Virus record (IMG/VR): IMGVR_UViG_3300037424_001509
Location: 1 to 27,754 of that record
Source of the DNA: a virus
Lineage: Duplodnaviria > Caudoviricetes
DNA length: 27,754 nucleotides
Reading direction: 5' to 3' (one strand)
The position numbers and the translations under genes were made by a program. The notes under the pieces are model-generated. The model saw only the letters and a list, made by a program, of their open reading frames with translations. It was not told the origin of the DNA and did not search any database. Below, one piece after another: positions 16,473 to 24,947 of the stretch. Position 1 is the first letter of the stretch, and the number at the start of each line of letters is the position of its first letter.

Positions 16473-16723
16473 TATCGCGGCTTGGCAAATTATTAAGTGA
16501 ACCTTCGGATGCCATTCCGCAGTTTCTCCCCTTTTCAGAGGAGGAGTTTACTCGGCTTTTTAAGTATTGGATGATATGGCAGTCAGTGGATCGCAAACCC
16601 TCTGAATTCATTGCTGCTCTACAAATACCGGCAAGACTTTGGAATTTCTTTATGCAGAACGATTCTATCTTTGAAACGATGATGCGACAGAAATCCAAGA
16701 AGGACGCGAAGAATGGCCGATGA
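16020..16723 (+). CDS. tail assembly chaperone gpGT via programmed -1 frameshift
   Basis: In-frame heptamer A AAA AAA (16445-16451); the -1 frame stays open from 16451 to TGA 16721-16723 (RQETGRIVSRLGKLL...KKDAKNGR), filling the gap before the TMP. Confidence 0.8.
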
Positions 16724-19070
16724 GAATGTAGCTGTCAATATCAATCTGAAGCTTGACGAAGCTGCCAAGGCTAGAGTTATTGCTGGTATTAGTAGTATGG
16801 GGGATGAAATCCAGAAGGCAGCTAGGAAATCAAGTGGTCTGCCAGAAACGGGACCTCTCAGTCAGTTCTATAATCCCGAGCTTTACAAGATTATGACCGA
16901 GAAGGTTGGTGAAGGTTTTTCAAAGACCGGCAAAGTTGCAGAAGTAACTGCTCTAAAAGCTGGAAAAAACTGGGAAAAGTTCTGGATACAATATGCTAAG
17001 CAAGCCGAGGTAGCCCAAAGGAAAGTTCAACAGTATCAGAACCAGATGCTGGTATTCACTTCCAGAGAATTGAAAAATGTCTCTGATGCAATCAGTATTG
17101 TATCAAGAGCAGCGATTGCAACGGGTGGAGCTATCACGGGTGGCGTTTTTGGTCTAGCTTTTAAGTATGTGAAGGATGCCAAAGAAGCTACTGCTCTTAC
17201 GAGAGCATGGACAGCAGAAACCGACAAATTAAAAGACGTACAGAATAGGGCCGGAAAAGTAATGGCAGAGGTAGCACTTCCTACTCTTAGGAAAGCTGCT
17301 CAACTTGCAGAAATCGCTACTTCTTTCATTGAAAAGCATCCTGAAATTGTTCAGGCTGCTCTCAACACTGGCCTTGTCCTCGCCGGATTAGGAGCTGTCG
17401 GTCTGGCAGTTTCTAAGGGTATCAAGCTGGTTGCAGATGCTGCCTATATTCTGGGTGCTGCTGGACAGGTATCTGCGGCAGAATTGCAGATGAAAGCTTC
17501 TCTCAATCAGCTTGCGGCAGCTGGAATACAATCCAAGACCTCCATCTTTTCTGGAATTGGAATTCCTGGTAAGGCAGCACTCAGCGCAGGTGCGATTGCC
17601 GCAGGGCCGATAGTTGCAGTAGTAGCTTCCATTTTAGGAGGACTTGCATTAGGTGGCTGGGCCTATGACATGTTCGCTAAATTTGCCGAAAGCAAAACCG
17701 GAAAAGGGGGTCGTAGACTCAATGAACTTGCTACCGGATTTGGTTATATGACTGGTACTGGTCTGGGTGTCATTGCGGGAAAGTCTGATACGGAGATTGA
17801 ACGCAAAGCACTGGTCTTTGCCGCTATCATCGGAAAGCTCACTGGAGCTATCGATGAAAACTCTCCTCTATGGGTCAAGGCGGCTAATAGTGTTGCGGGT
17901 GCTGGACAGATCCTCGAAAGAGTTGCTGGACAAATCAAAGGTTCTGACAAGGAACAGGAAATTGTTGATGCTTTCATGAAATATCAGGAGGGTCTTGCAG
18001 ATCTGGAGCGTGATACGGCTCGTAAACGTTTGGAGATTGTCCGGGATGCAGCTCATGCCATTGCAGATGCTGAACGTGAAAGAAACCAACGAGTTCAACA
18101 GATTATCGAAGATTACAATGATAGAGTTGCAGACATTACCAGAAGTTATGAGGAAGCTCGTATACGAGCTGAACAGGATTACATTTTAGAACGACAGAAG
18201 ATTGAGGAAGATGCTTCTGTACGTCAGCAGGAAATACGAGAAGACCTTGCCAAAAAACTTCAGCAGATAGAGCTTGATCATCGTGATCGAGTTTATGATC
18301 TGGCTTCAGCTCGTGATGCCCTTGGTCTTGTTCGAGAACAGAGGGATTACAATAGGAAAAGACAAGAGGCCATCGATGAGTCCAATGATGCTCTTGCGAA
18401 ATTGAAAGCAGATACTCGTAGACGACTGGATGAGCTGGATCGCCGACATCAGATCGAAGCACAGCGTCGTTTCGAAGATTATCAGCGACAGCTTGCAGAA
18501 GCGGCAGAACAGGAACAGAAACAACTTGCGGAAGCTCAGGAAGCTTACAATAAACAGATTGCCCAGATTAGAGAGAACGAGGCCAACAAGTTAAGAGAAC
18601 TTGAGCTTGCCTATCGTGAACAGCAAATAAGATTGAGAGAAGCTTTCACGGATGAGCTGAATGACCTGGATGCCACCCTTCTCAACGAGAAGAATTTAAA
18701 ATCCGGCTATTATACTCTTATGCTCCAGGATGCTCAGGCGTTTGTAGACAAGTATAGATCCACCCTTGGCGGCCTTTCCAATATAACTCCTCCTGGGAGG
18801 TCCCTGGGCGGCTACACAAGTGGTTTAGTGAGGACAGGGGAGGCAGGGTTGGAGTACGTTCTAAACGCACAGACTACGAGGGCTATGGAGCGTTTGCTAG
18901 GCGGTAGGATCACACAGCATTCCCTGCTGATGAAGGCCTCCGGCGGATCATCTGGAATAGTTTGGAATGACCAGCGTAGATTCAGCGGAGAATATACCGG
19001 AGCTATGCGGCGACAGGTTCAGCGTGACTCTGAGAACGCTGTGTTAGATCTGTTTGGTGGAGCAGCATGA
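16713..19070 (+). CDS. tape measure protein
   Basis: 785 aa, Ala/Gly-rich helical region, hydrophobic segments, long coiled coil, C-terminal GG...GEAGLEYVLNA motif. Confidence 0.88.
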   Translation: MADENVAVNINLKLDEAAKARVIAGISSMGDEIQKAARKSSGLPETGPLSQFYNPELYKIMTEKVGEGFSKTGKVAEVTALKAGKNWEKFWIQYAKQAEVAQRKVQQYQNQMLVFTSRELKNVSDAISIVSRAAIATGGAITGGVFGLAFKYVKDAKEATALTRAWTAETDKLKDVQNRAGKVMAEVALPTLRKAAQLAEIATSFIEKHPEIVQAALNTGLVLAGLGAVGLAVSKGIKLVADAAYILGAAGQVSAAELQMKASLNQLAAAGIQSKTSIFSGIGIPGKAALSAGAIAAGPIVAVVASILGGLALGGWAYDMFAKFAESKTGKGGRRLNELATGFGYMTGTGLGVIAGKSDTEIERKALVFAAIIGKLTGAIDENSPLWVKAANSVAGAGQILERVAGQIKGSDKEQEIVDAFMKYQEGLADLERDTARKRLEIVRDAAHAIADAERERNQRVQQIIEDYNDRVADITRSYEEARIRAEQDYILERQKIEEDASVRQQEIREDLAKKLQQIELDHRDRVYDLASARDALGLVREQRDYNRKRQEAIDESNDALAKLKADTRRRLDELDRRHQIEAQRRFEDYQRQLAEAAEQEQKQLAEAQEAYNKQIAQIRENEANKLRELELAYREQQIRLREAFTDELNDLDATLLNEKNLKSGYYTLMLQDAQAFVDKYRSTLGGLSNITPPGRSLGGYTSGLVRTGEAGLEYVLNAQTTRAMERLLGGRITQHSLLMKASGGSSGIVWNDQRRFSGEYTGAMRRQVQRDSENAVLDLFGGAA

Positions 19071-19071
19071 T

Positions 19072-19491
19072 ATGACTCAGCCTAATCAGTACATGATTGG
19101 TGTCCTGGATGATGGACTTGGTGGGATGGCAACTCTGGATTCCATTTTGCTCAATGCGGATATTCCTGTGGATCCGCAACCGGAGTTTAGACCTTATGCC
19201 TCCTTTTCAGATCTTGGAAGTGGGGGACGTCGTGGCATGGGATTTCCGGTTGCAAGCTGGCACTGGTCATTTCTATCGCAGGAGCATCGTAAGATTTTAC
19301 AAGCTTATATTTCAGGACTTTCTTCCACAATTTTGATAAGAACTCCAACACGAGATTCGGACATTTACAACGAGGAAATCTGGCATACTTATCAGTGTGA
19401 AGCTATCTGGCCTTCTGGTGATGAAAACTTTCAGGTTAAGAGCGTGATGGATTTCACGCTGGAATTTAGAATGATGGTTGTACAGGATTGA
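19072..19491 (+). CDS. probable distal tail (Dit-like) protein
   Basis: Directly follows the TMP; GGTGGAG RBS before ATG 19072; about 139 aa, beta-rich. Confidence 0.6.
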   Translation: MTQPNQYMIGVLDDGLGGMATLDSILLNADIPVDPQPEFRPYASFSDLGSGGRRGMGFPVASWHWSFLSQEHRKILQAYISGLSSTILIRTPTRDSDIYNEEIWHTYQCEAIWPSGDENFQVKSVMDFTLEFRMMVVQD

Positions 19492-19492
19492 T

Positions 19493-22400
19493 ATGGGTGC
19501 TCTAACTTTACATCAGAAAACTATTGTAAGGAATCCAGGGCAAGCCTGTATCCCATATCTTGCATTTGAAAAACCCGGAACGATCTTCACTGCTCTTTTG
19601 GATACTGTTCCTACTTCCACAGATATGGTTGCCTCCATCACTTATACCGGAGGTTCTGGAACCATCAACGATGTGAAAATAGGTATGAGTTTATTTGTTG
19701 GATCTTCTTCCGGTGGAAGAGAACTGGGAATTGCAAGAATTAGAAAAGATCCAATAGCCGGAACTATCTATATCGGGGAGGAAAGTGAAATAGATTGGAC
19801 TGCTGCTACTCCAGTTTATTTGACAGTTGTAGATACGTTTGGACTCTGGTCTAAACATATCAAAGTCATTGATGAGACTACTTTCAAGATAGATTACGAT
19901 ATAACTTATACAGATCAGCATTCTGTGTTTGATCCAACTCCGATGATGGGAGTAGATGCAATTTTATGGAGAACAGGAGCAACGATTTCTATCACCTGGC
20001 CTTCTGTCGCCGGCTCTTATGTGATAGATGGTTCTTCTGTTGCCTCTTATTTATTTTCCTGTCCCGGAGCTTTTTCAACATCCGGAATGACAACGGCTAC
20101 CCCGACTTTAACCTTTGATACTGACGGGCAGTATGTTTTGTACTTAACAGTGACCGCAACTAATGGAAAAACCTTTACAGCATGTAGAAGAATCTATGTA
20201 TTTTCAAAAGACGATATGCCGGAGACAAATTTCGTCATTTCCACAAATCCAAACGGAAGCTATGAAAGTGGGGGGTGGAACTTTGAGATAACCATGCTTG
20301 CCAACGCTGATACTTCTTTCGTAAAAGATAGAACTAAGGTGATTCTTTTTTCGAGAGATTATTATGCTGGTACAGAAGAATATATAGGACCATACGGTAA
20401 GAAAGAGATGGATAATACGGTCTGTTCCGGGTGGATTGTTGGTGAGTCCATCAGTATCAACCCGATGACAGGAACTACGAGTTTCCGGGTAACTGGTGCG
20501 CAGGAATGGATGAAGAGAATAGGTGGATTCCCTGTCGGACTTGAACGCAAAACCTCGGGAGCCGATGGGTGGACAAATATGCAGACTTTGACTGTACGCA
20601 AGTTTCTATGGCATATGCTTCACTGGCGTACAACTGCAACGGCTATCATGGATTGTACTTTAACAACCGATACTCGTCAGATGGTCAGCATCGATAATTT
20701 ACAACCGAACTTTTGGGCGCAGCTTTTGGAAACTGCGAATGCCACAATTCTGGCCGATCCCTATGTAGACCGATTTGGAAACTTTCACTGTCAGGTTAAT
20801 CAGCAGCTTGTACCGGATGCCAATCGCGGTTCTTTCTTTACAATCATGGATCTGGAGAAGCAGGACTGGGAGGGAACTTTAGAGATATCCCGTAGAGTTG
20901 TTAGTGAATACGGAAGAGTTGAGCTTTCCGGCGTGAAAATCGTGGATGCCGAAAAGATTAAATCTATCTTTTCACTTGCTCCTGGTCATGTTCCGAAACG
21001 ATACGGAGACGTTGTCCCTGCCGACAATTTGTTGCTTTCCAGTCAGGAACAGGCTAATTCACTTGCGGGTTTGATCCTAGGCCACAGTAACAGAGCCTAT
21101 GATTTTGAACTTGAAATTGCACAGCTTAACCGAATGATTGAAATTGTACCTCGTTCTTATCTTGGTCTTACTGTAGATGCCGCCGATAATTTAAGAGGTA
21201 TTTCCTACAATGGGAATATCGTTGTGAGAGATATCGAATATATCTTTGATCAGGAAAGCGGCAAGATGATTGTGAGGGTTTCTGCGGAACAGGAAAGTGT
21301 TGAAGACATTTCTATCAACGGAGATATTCCACCTGATGGAGTGGTGCCTCCGGATATTCCCCCCATCCCTCCCATCCCTCCTCTACCTCCTCCTCCACCT
21401 GGAATATTGCCCGGTGGCGCCAACGTGAAGACAGTCGTAATATTTGCTGAAGATTATGGATTTTTCTATACAGAAGATTTTGATACAGGTAGTCCACACT
21501 GGTACGCAATGAATGGCGGACTGGATGCTGCTCATCTGGATAACTTTGCCAGTTTCGACGTTACGTATGATGGGAGACTGTTTGCGCACTTTTGTTCTCC
21601 AAATGCATTTCCTTTCGAAGTAATCAACAATCCGCTCTGGACACAGCAGCCGAATATTGATGTCTGTCAGGAGATATGGTATGCCGAGAAAGTTGGGGAT
21701 GCATGGGTCAGGATCTTTCACAATGCAATGCTTACTCCTAAGATCGATACTCCATTTCCCAGAGGACCTGCTATAAAGGCAATGGCAATCAATCGTGGAG
21801 TTGCAGATTCTATCTATGTTCTCGGTGTGGGAATTTATTCAATACTTTCTCAAACTCTATGTCAGTTCTGGGCCGGAGGTTCTGGCGGTCTTTCAAAAGT
21901 TGGAGATATGACCGGAACGAATGTTGTTTCTGGTGCATATAATAAGGGGACCATGATACAGTTTTCATCTGGAGCATTTGGTTATGCAGGCATGAACGGT
22001 GCAACTGAAAACTGCTTATTTGCAATTCCAAGCAGTGGCACAACCATTAGCGAGATTGTAAATCACATCTTAAATTCTCCTAAAATAGTTTCTTCAAGAG
22101 TTCCTGGACTTGCGGGTCTATGGAATGTTGCGACCCCTTATGCTACGTTAGACGGAGCTTCTTTCTTCAATCTTGTAAATGCTCCAATACCCTATGGTTC
22201 CGATGAGGCGGAAGATTTGTATGATTCCATAGGAAATACGGCAGATGGCAAATATGTTCTCATGAGTGACATTGGTGGAATTCTTCTAAAACGTTCTTCA
22301 GATTTCGGTACTACTTTTGGGAATGCTCCCTCTGTCAGCGGAACGATCACTGCCGTTTGGAATCTTATTGATCCGTTGATATGGGTGGCTGGATTTGCTC

Positions 22401-22510
22401 ATCAAATGATATACAGTGAAGACTTTTTTGACACGTATGAAAACAAGACAGGAGACCTATGGTCTTGGACATCAACTCTTGTAAATATCAGGAGTATTAG
22501 GAACGCATAA
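19493..22510 (+). CDS. tail hub/tip protein with PKD-like domain, polyproline linker and C-terminal Asp-box beta-propeller
   Basis: Position after Dit; PKD-like SY.F...TPTLTFDTDGQYVLYLTVTATNG; PPDIPPIPPIPPLPPPPP; Asp-box-like RSSDFGTTF, YSEDFFDTY, YTEDFDTGSPHW. Confidence 0.7.
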   Translation: MGALTLHQKTIVRNPGQACIPYLAFEKPGTIFTALLDTVPTSTDMVASITYTGGSGTINDVKIGMSLFVGSSSGGRELGIARIRKDPIAGTIYIGEESEIDWTAATPVYLTVVDTFGLWSKHIKVIDETTFKIDYDITYTDQHSVFDPTPMMGVDAILWRTGATISITWPSVAGSYVIDGSSVASYLFSCPGAFSTSGMTTATPTLTFDTDGQYVLYLTVTATNGKTFTACRRIYVFSKDDMPETNFVISTNPNGSYESGGWNFEITMLANADTSFVKDRTKVILFSRDYYAGTEEYIGPYGKKEMDNTVCSGWIVGESISINPMTGTTSFRVTGAQEWMKRIGGFPVGLERKTSGADGWTNMQTLTVRKFLWHMLHWRTTATAIMDCTLTTDTRQMVSIDNLQPNFWAQLLETANATILADPYVDRFGNFHCQVNQQLVPDANRGSFFTIMDLEKQDWEGTLEISRRVVSEYGRVELSGVKIVDAEKIKSIFSLAPGHVPKRYGDVVPADNLLLSSQEQANSLAGLILGHSNRAYDFELEIAQLNRMIEIVPRSYLGLTVDAADNLRGISYNGNIVVRDIEYIFDQESGKMIVRVSAEQESVEDISINGDIPPDGVVPPDIPPIPPIPPLPPPPPGILPGGANVKTVVIFAEDYGFFYTEDFDTGSPHWYAMNGGLDAAHLDNFASFDVTYDGRLFAHFCSPNAFPFEVINNPLWTQQPNIDVCQEIWYAEKVGDAWVRIFHNAMLTPKIDTPFPRGPAIKAMAINRGVADSIYVLGVGIYSILSQTLCQFWAGGSGGLSKVGDMTGTNVVSGAYNKGTMIQFSSGAFGYAGMNGATENCLFAIPSSGTTISEIVNHILNSPKIVSSRVPGLAGLWNVATPYATLDGASFFNLVNAPIPYGSDEAEDLYDSIGNTADGKYVLMSDIGGILLKRSSDFGTTFGNAPSVSGTITAVWNLIDPLIWVAGFAHQMIYSEDFFDTYENKTGDLWSWTSTLVNIRSIRNA

Positions 22511-24015
22511 TGGCAGGCAAGAGACTGATACGTAAGCGAATAGAAAAACGTCTCGGGAAACAGTATGAATCCCGCTTGAACAATATTGCTGCTTTTACGG
22601 GCAATGCATCCGGTGTTGTCTCAGTTCCTGGAAAGACCGGTTTTATTTATGTGAGAGACTGGTATGGTCTGCCACATATAGTTTACAATGACGTTTGTCC
22701 GGTGGATCAGGCCAACTATTTCGTCAGGATTGGATACGATAAATACAATCCAAGTCTCCTTCGTGTACTTGGAATGATGAACCCTTACGTAGACACTACG
22801 TACAGCCATATAGGTTCACATCATTCAACTCATGAATGGCCTGGAAACGATGTAGTCTGGGTACAATCCCAGCAGGTTGTCCCTGCTTTGGTGATTAAGA
22901 AAACAGGGTTAACAGTTGCCATCTATCCGTTCTGGATGGAGACTTCCACGGGCCTGTATCGAAGTATTCCTTATCAGGAGCTGGATCTTACTTCCTATGT
23001 TCCAGCTTCTGGAGCCTGTTGGGCACTAATCAGTTTCGCTCCAGATGGAACACGTGTTGTTACAACTGCAACTACTGCTTCAGACATTTACGCTCTTGTT
23101 AATGCACCAATAGACGTTCATCCAGATCACACTTATTTAAGTATAGCTGCCGTAGCTCTATATCTTGGACAGACAGATATCAGACAGGATGCCATTCAAA
23201 ATCAGATTGTGGATTTGCGCTGGTTCGGAGCAGGTGGCGGTTCTTCTGGCGACATGTTTAGAGCAGTTTACGATACGGATGATGACGGCGTAGTTGACGA
23301 TAGCCAGGATACGCAAGCCATTCAGGGCAATGCTATTGATCCTACGTTAACTCCTGTAAATGAGCATGGCCTAGTTTGGAATAGTAGTACTCAACAATAT
23401 GAAGATATCAACCTTCCGACAGTATATACCAAACGCTTTCAGGCAATCGTTGATCCAACTGTTGATGACGATACAACTTTAGGATACAAAGTTGGATACA
23501 TCTGGATCAACACTTCTACACCTGCGGCTTTCATTTGTATCGACAATACGGATGGAAGTGCAGTCTGGCAAGAGATTGGAGCTGGAACTGATGGGGGTGG
23601 AGGAGCCGGAGACTTATATGCTTATATAGACGGTGCTCTTTCAATCTCTACGGGAGTATGGAGCTGGCTTGCTCCTCGCGATATGACTTTGGAGTTAGTC
23701 TATATCTATTGTCTTGATCCAGGAAGTGCCAGCTCAACGATCGTGGACGTGAATCTGAATGGAACCACGATCTTTACAACACAAGCTAATCGCCCTGAAC
23801 TTGCCTTCGATGATATAGATGGCTGGGCAGTTAGTGGGATACCTGAGTTCCTGGATATTGTGGAAGGTGATATACTTTCATTTGATATTGACCAGATTGG
23901 AACTGATGCTGAAGGACTGGTGGTCGTAATAAAGGTTGCATCTTCTGGAACTACTCCTCCTGCCAGCACAACTAGTCCGGCTCTTAAAGTCTATATGGCG
24001 ACGACATTCAAGTAA
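22510..24015 (+). CDS. minor tail / fibre protein, modular
   Basis: Gly-rich linkers; GDMFRAVYDTDDDGVVD, DPTVDDDTTLGYKVG..WIN and DVNLNGTTIFTT...GDILSFDIDQIG modules common in fibre proteins. Confidence 0.7.
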   Translation: MAGKRLIRKRIEKRLGKQYESRLNNIAAFTGNASGVVSVPGKTGFIYVRDWYGLPHIVYNDVCPVDQANYFVRIGYDKYNPSLLRVLGMMNPYVDTTYSHIGSHHSTHEWPGNDVVWVQSQQVVPALVIKKTGLTVAIYPFWMETSTGLYRSIPYQELDLTSYVPASGACWALISFAPDGTRVVTTATTASDIYALVNAPIDVHPDHTYLSIAAVALYLGQTDIRQDAIQNQIVDLRWFGAGGGSSGDMFRAVYDTDDDGVVDDSQDTQAIQGNAIDPTLTPVNEHGLVWNSSTQQYEDINLPTVYTKRFQAIVDPTVDDDTTLGYKVGYIWINTSTPAAFICIDNTDGSAVWQEIGAGTDGGGGAGDLYAYIDGALSISTGVWSWLAPRDMTLELVYIYCLDPGSASSTIVDVNLNGTTIFTTQANRPELAFDDIDGWAVSGIPEFLDIVEGDILSFDIDQIGTDAEGLVVVIKVASSGTTPPASTTSPALKVYMATTFK

Positions 24016-24024
24016 GGAGCTATT

Positions 24025-24459
24025 ATGGCAGCCAATACTGAACCGATCTTTACCCTGACTCCAAACATTGGATTGTGTAGCGTTGCTGGTGCAAACACTG
24101 CTTCAGATGGCTCTACTCCAGGTGGACAGACAGCTCCTGCTACTCTTTTCACGGCTGGTGACAACGGTTCCAGAATTGATCGTATTCGATATAGTAATGC
24201 TCAGGTAACTGCGGCAGCCTCTTCCGCGATGGTAATTCGTTTCTTCATTACTGATAATTTAGGAACCAACCCAAAGTTGTATGCTGAGGTAGCGCTTCCA
24301 ACTGCAACGCGTAGCGTAACGGCAATTGGAGCCAGTGGTATTCTAACTCTTGCAAATGGTCTTGTCATACCGTCCGGTACTCTCATACTTGTTATTCAGT
24401 CAGTATATGCCGGAGTTCAAGATTTAATGCACTATGTTGCTGAAGGTGGTAATTACTAA
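24025..24459 (+). CDS. small virion structural protein
   Basis: AAGGAG RBS; MAANTEPIF...LFTAGDNGSRIDRI...GGNY, a small beta-sandwich type found in fibre clusters. Confidence 0.7.
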   Translation: MAANTEPIFTLTPNIGLCSVAGANTASDGSTPGGQTAPATLFTAGDNGSRIDRIRYSNAQVTAAASSAMVIRFFITDNLGTNPKLYAEVALPTATRSVTAIGASGILTLANGLVIPSGTLILVIQSVYAGVQDLMHYVAEGGNY

Positions 24460-24947
24460 TGTTGCCGAACTTCCTTGGATTTTCAGTACCTGGATTGATT
24501 TTGCCCAGTGCATTAATATATCATAATACGACACAGGCTATTGCGACCGGGAATTTTACCGTAGAATCCCAGTGCAATTCAACACTATGGGATACTCATA
24601 ACTTTCATCGTTCTCAAGACATGACTCGATTGACAATTCCAAGTGGTTTGGATGGATTATACTGGCTCGGAACACAATGCAATTTTGTTGCCAACAGTTC
24701 TAATCATCGTGGCATATACCTGAAAGTCAATACTACTATCGTGGCATATACATTTCAGCTACATAATGTCGCAATTAGTGTTCCTCTTATGGTTGCAACC
24801 ATTCGCCCTCTTTTTGCTGGAGACTATGTTTATCAGGTATGCTATCAGAACGGTGCTGCTACTCTGAACATTACTGAATATCCTGCCCATTGGATAGCTC
24901 TTGTTCGACTATGTAATATGCCCGCGAATGTTGCGAGGACACCATGA
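24459..24947 (+). CDS. C1q/TNF-like jelly-roll protein, putative receptor-binding
   Basis: WDT.NFH...TRLTIPSGLDGLY...LFAGDYV...YQNGAATLN pattern; TAATG overlap. Confidence 0.6.
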   Translation: MLPNFLGFSVPGLILPSALIYHNTTQAIATGNFTVESQCNSTLWDTHNFHRSQDMTRLTIPSGLDGLYWLGTQCNFVANSSNHRGIYLKVNTTIVAYTFQLHNVAISVPLMVATIRPLFAGDYVYQVCYQNGAATLNITEYPAHWIALVRLCNMPANVARTP

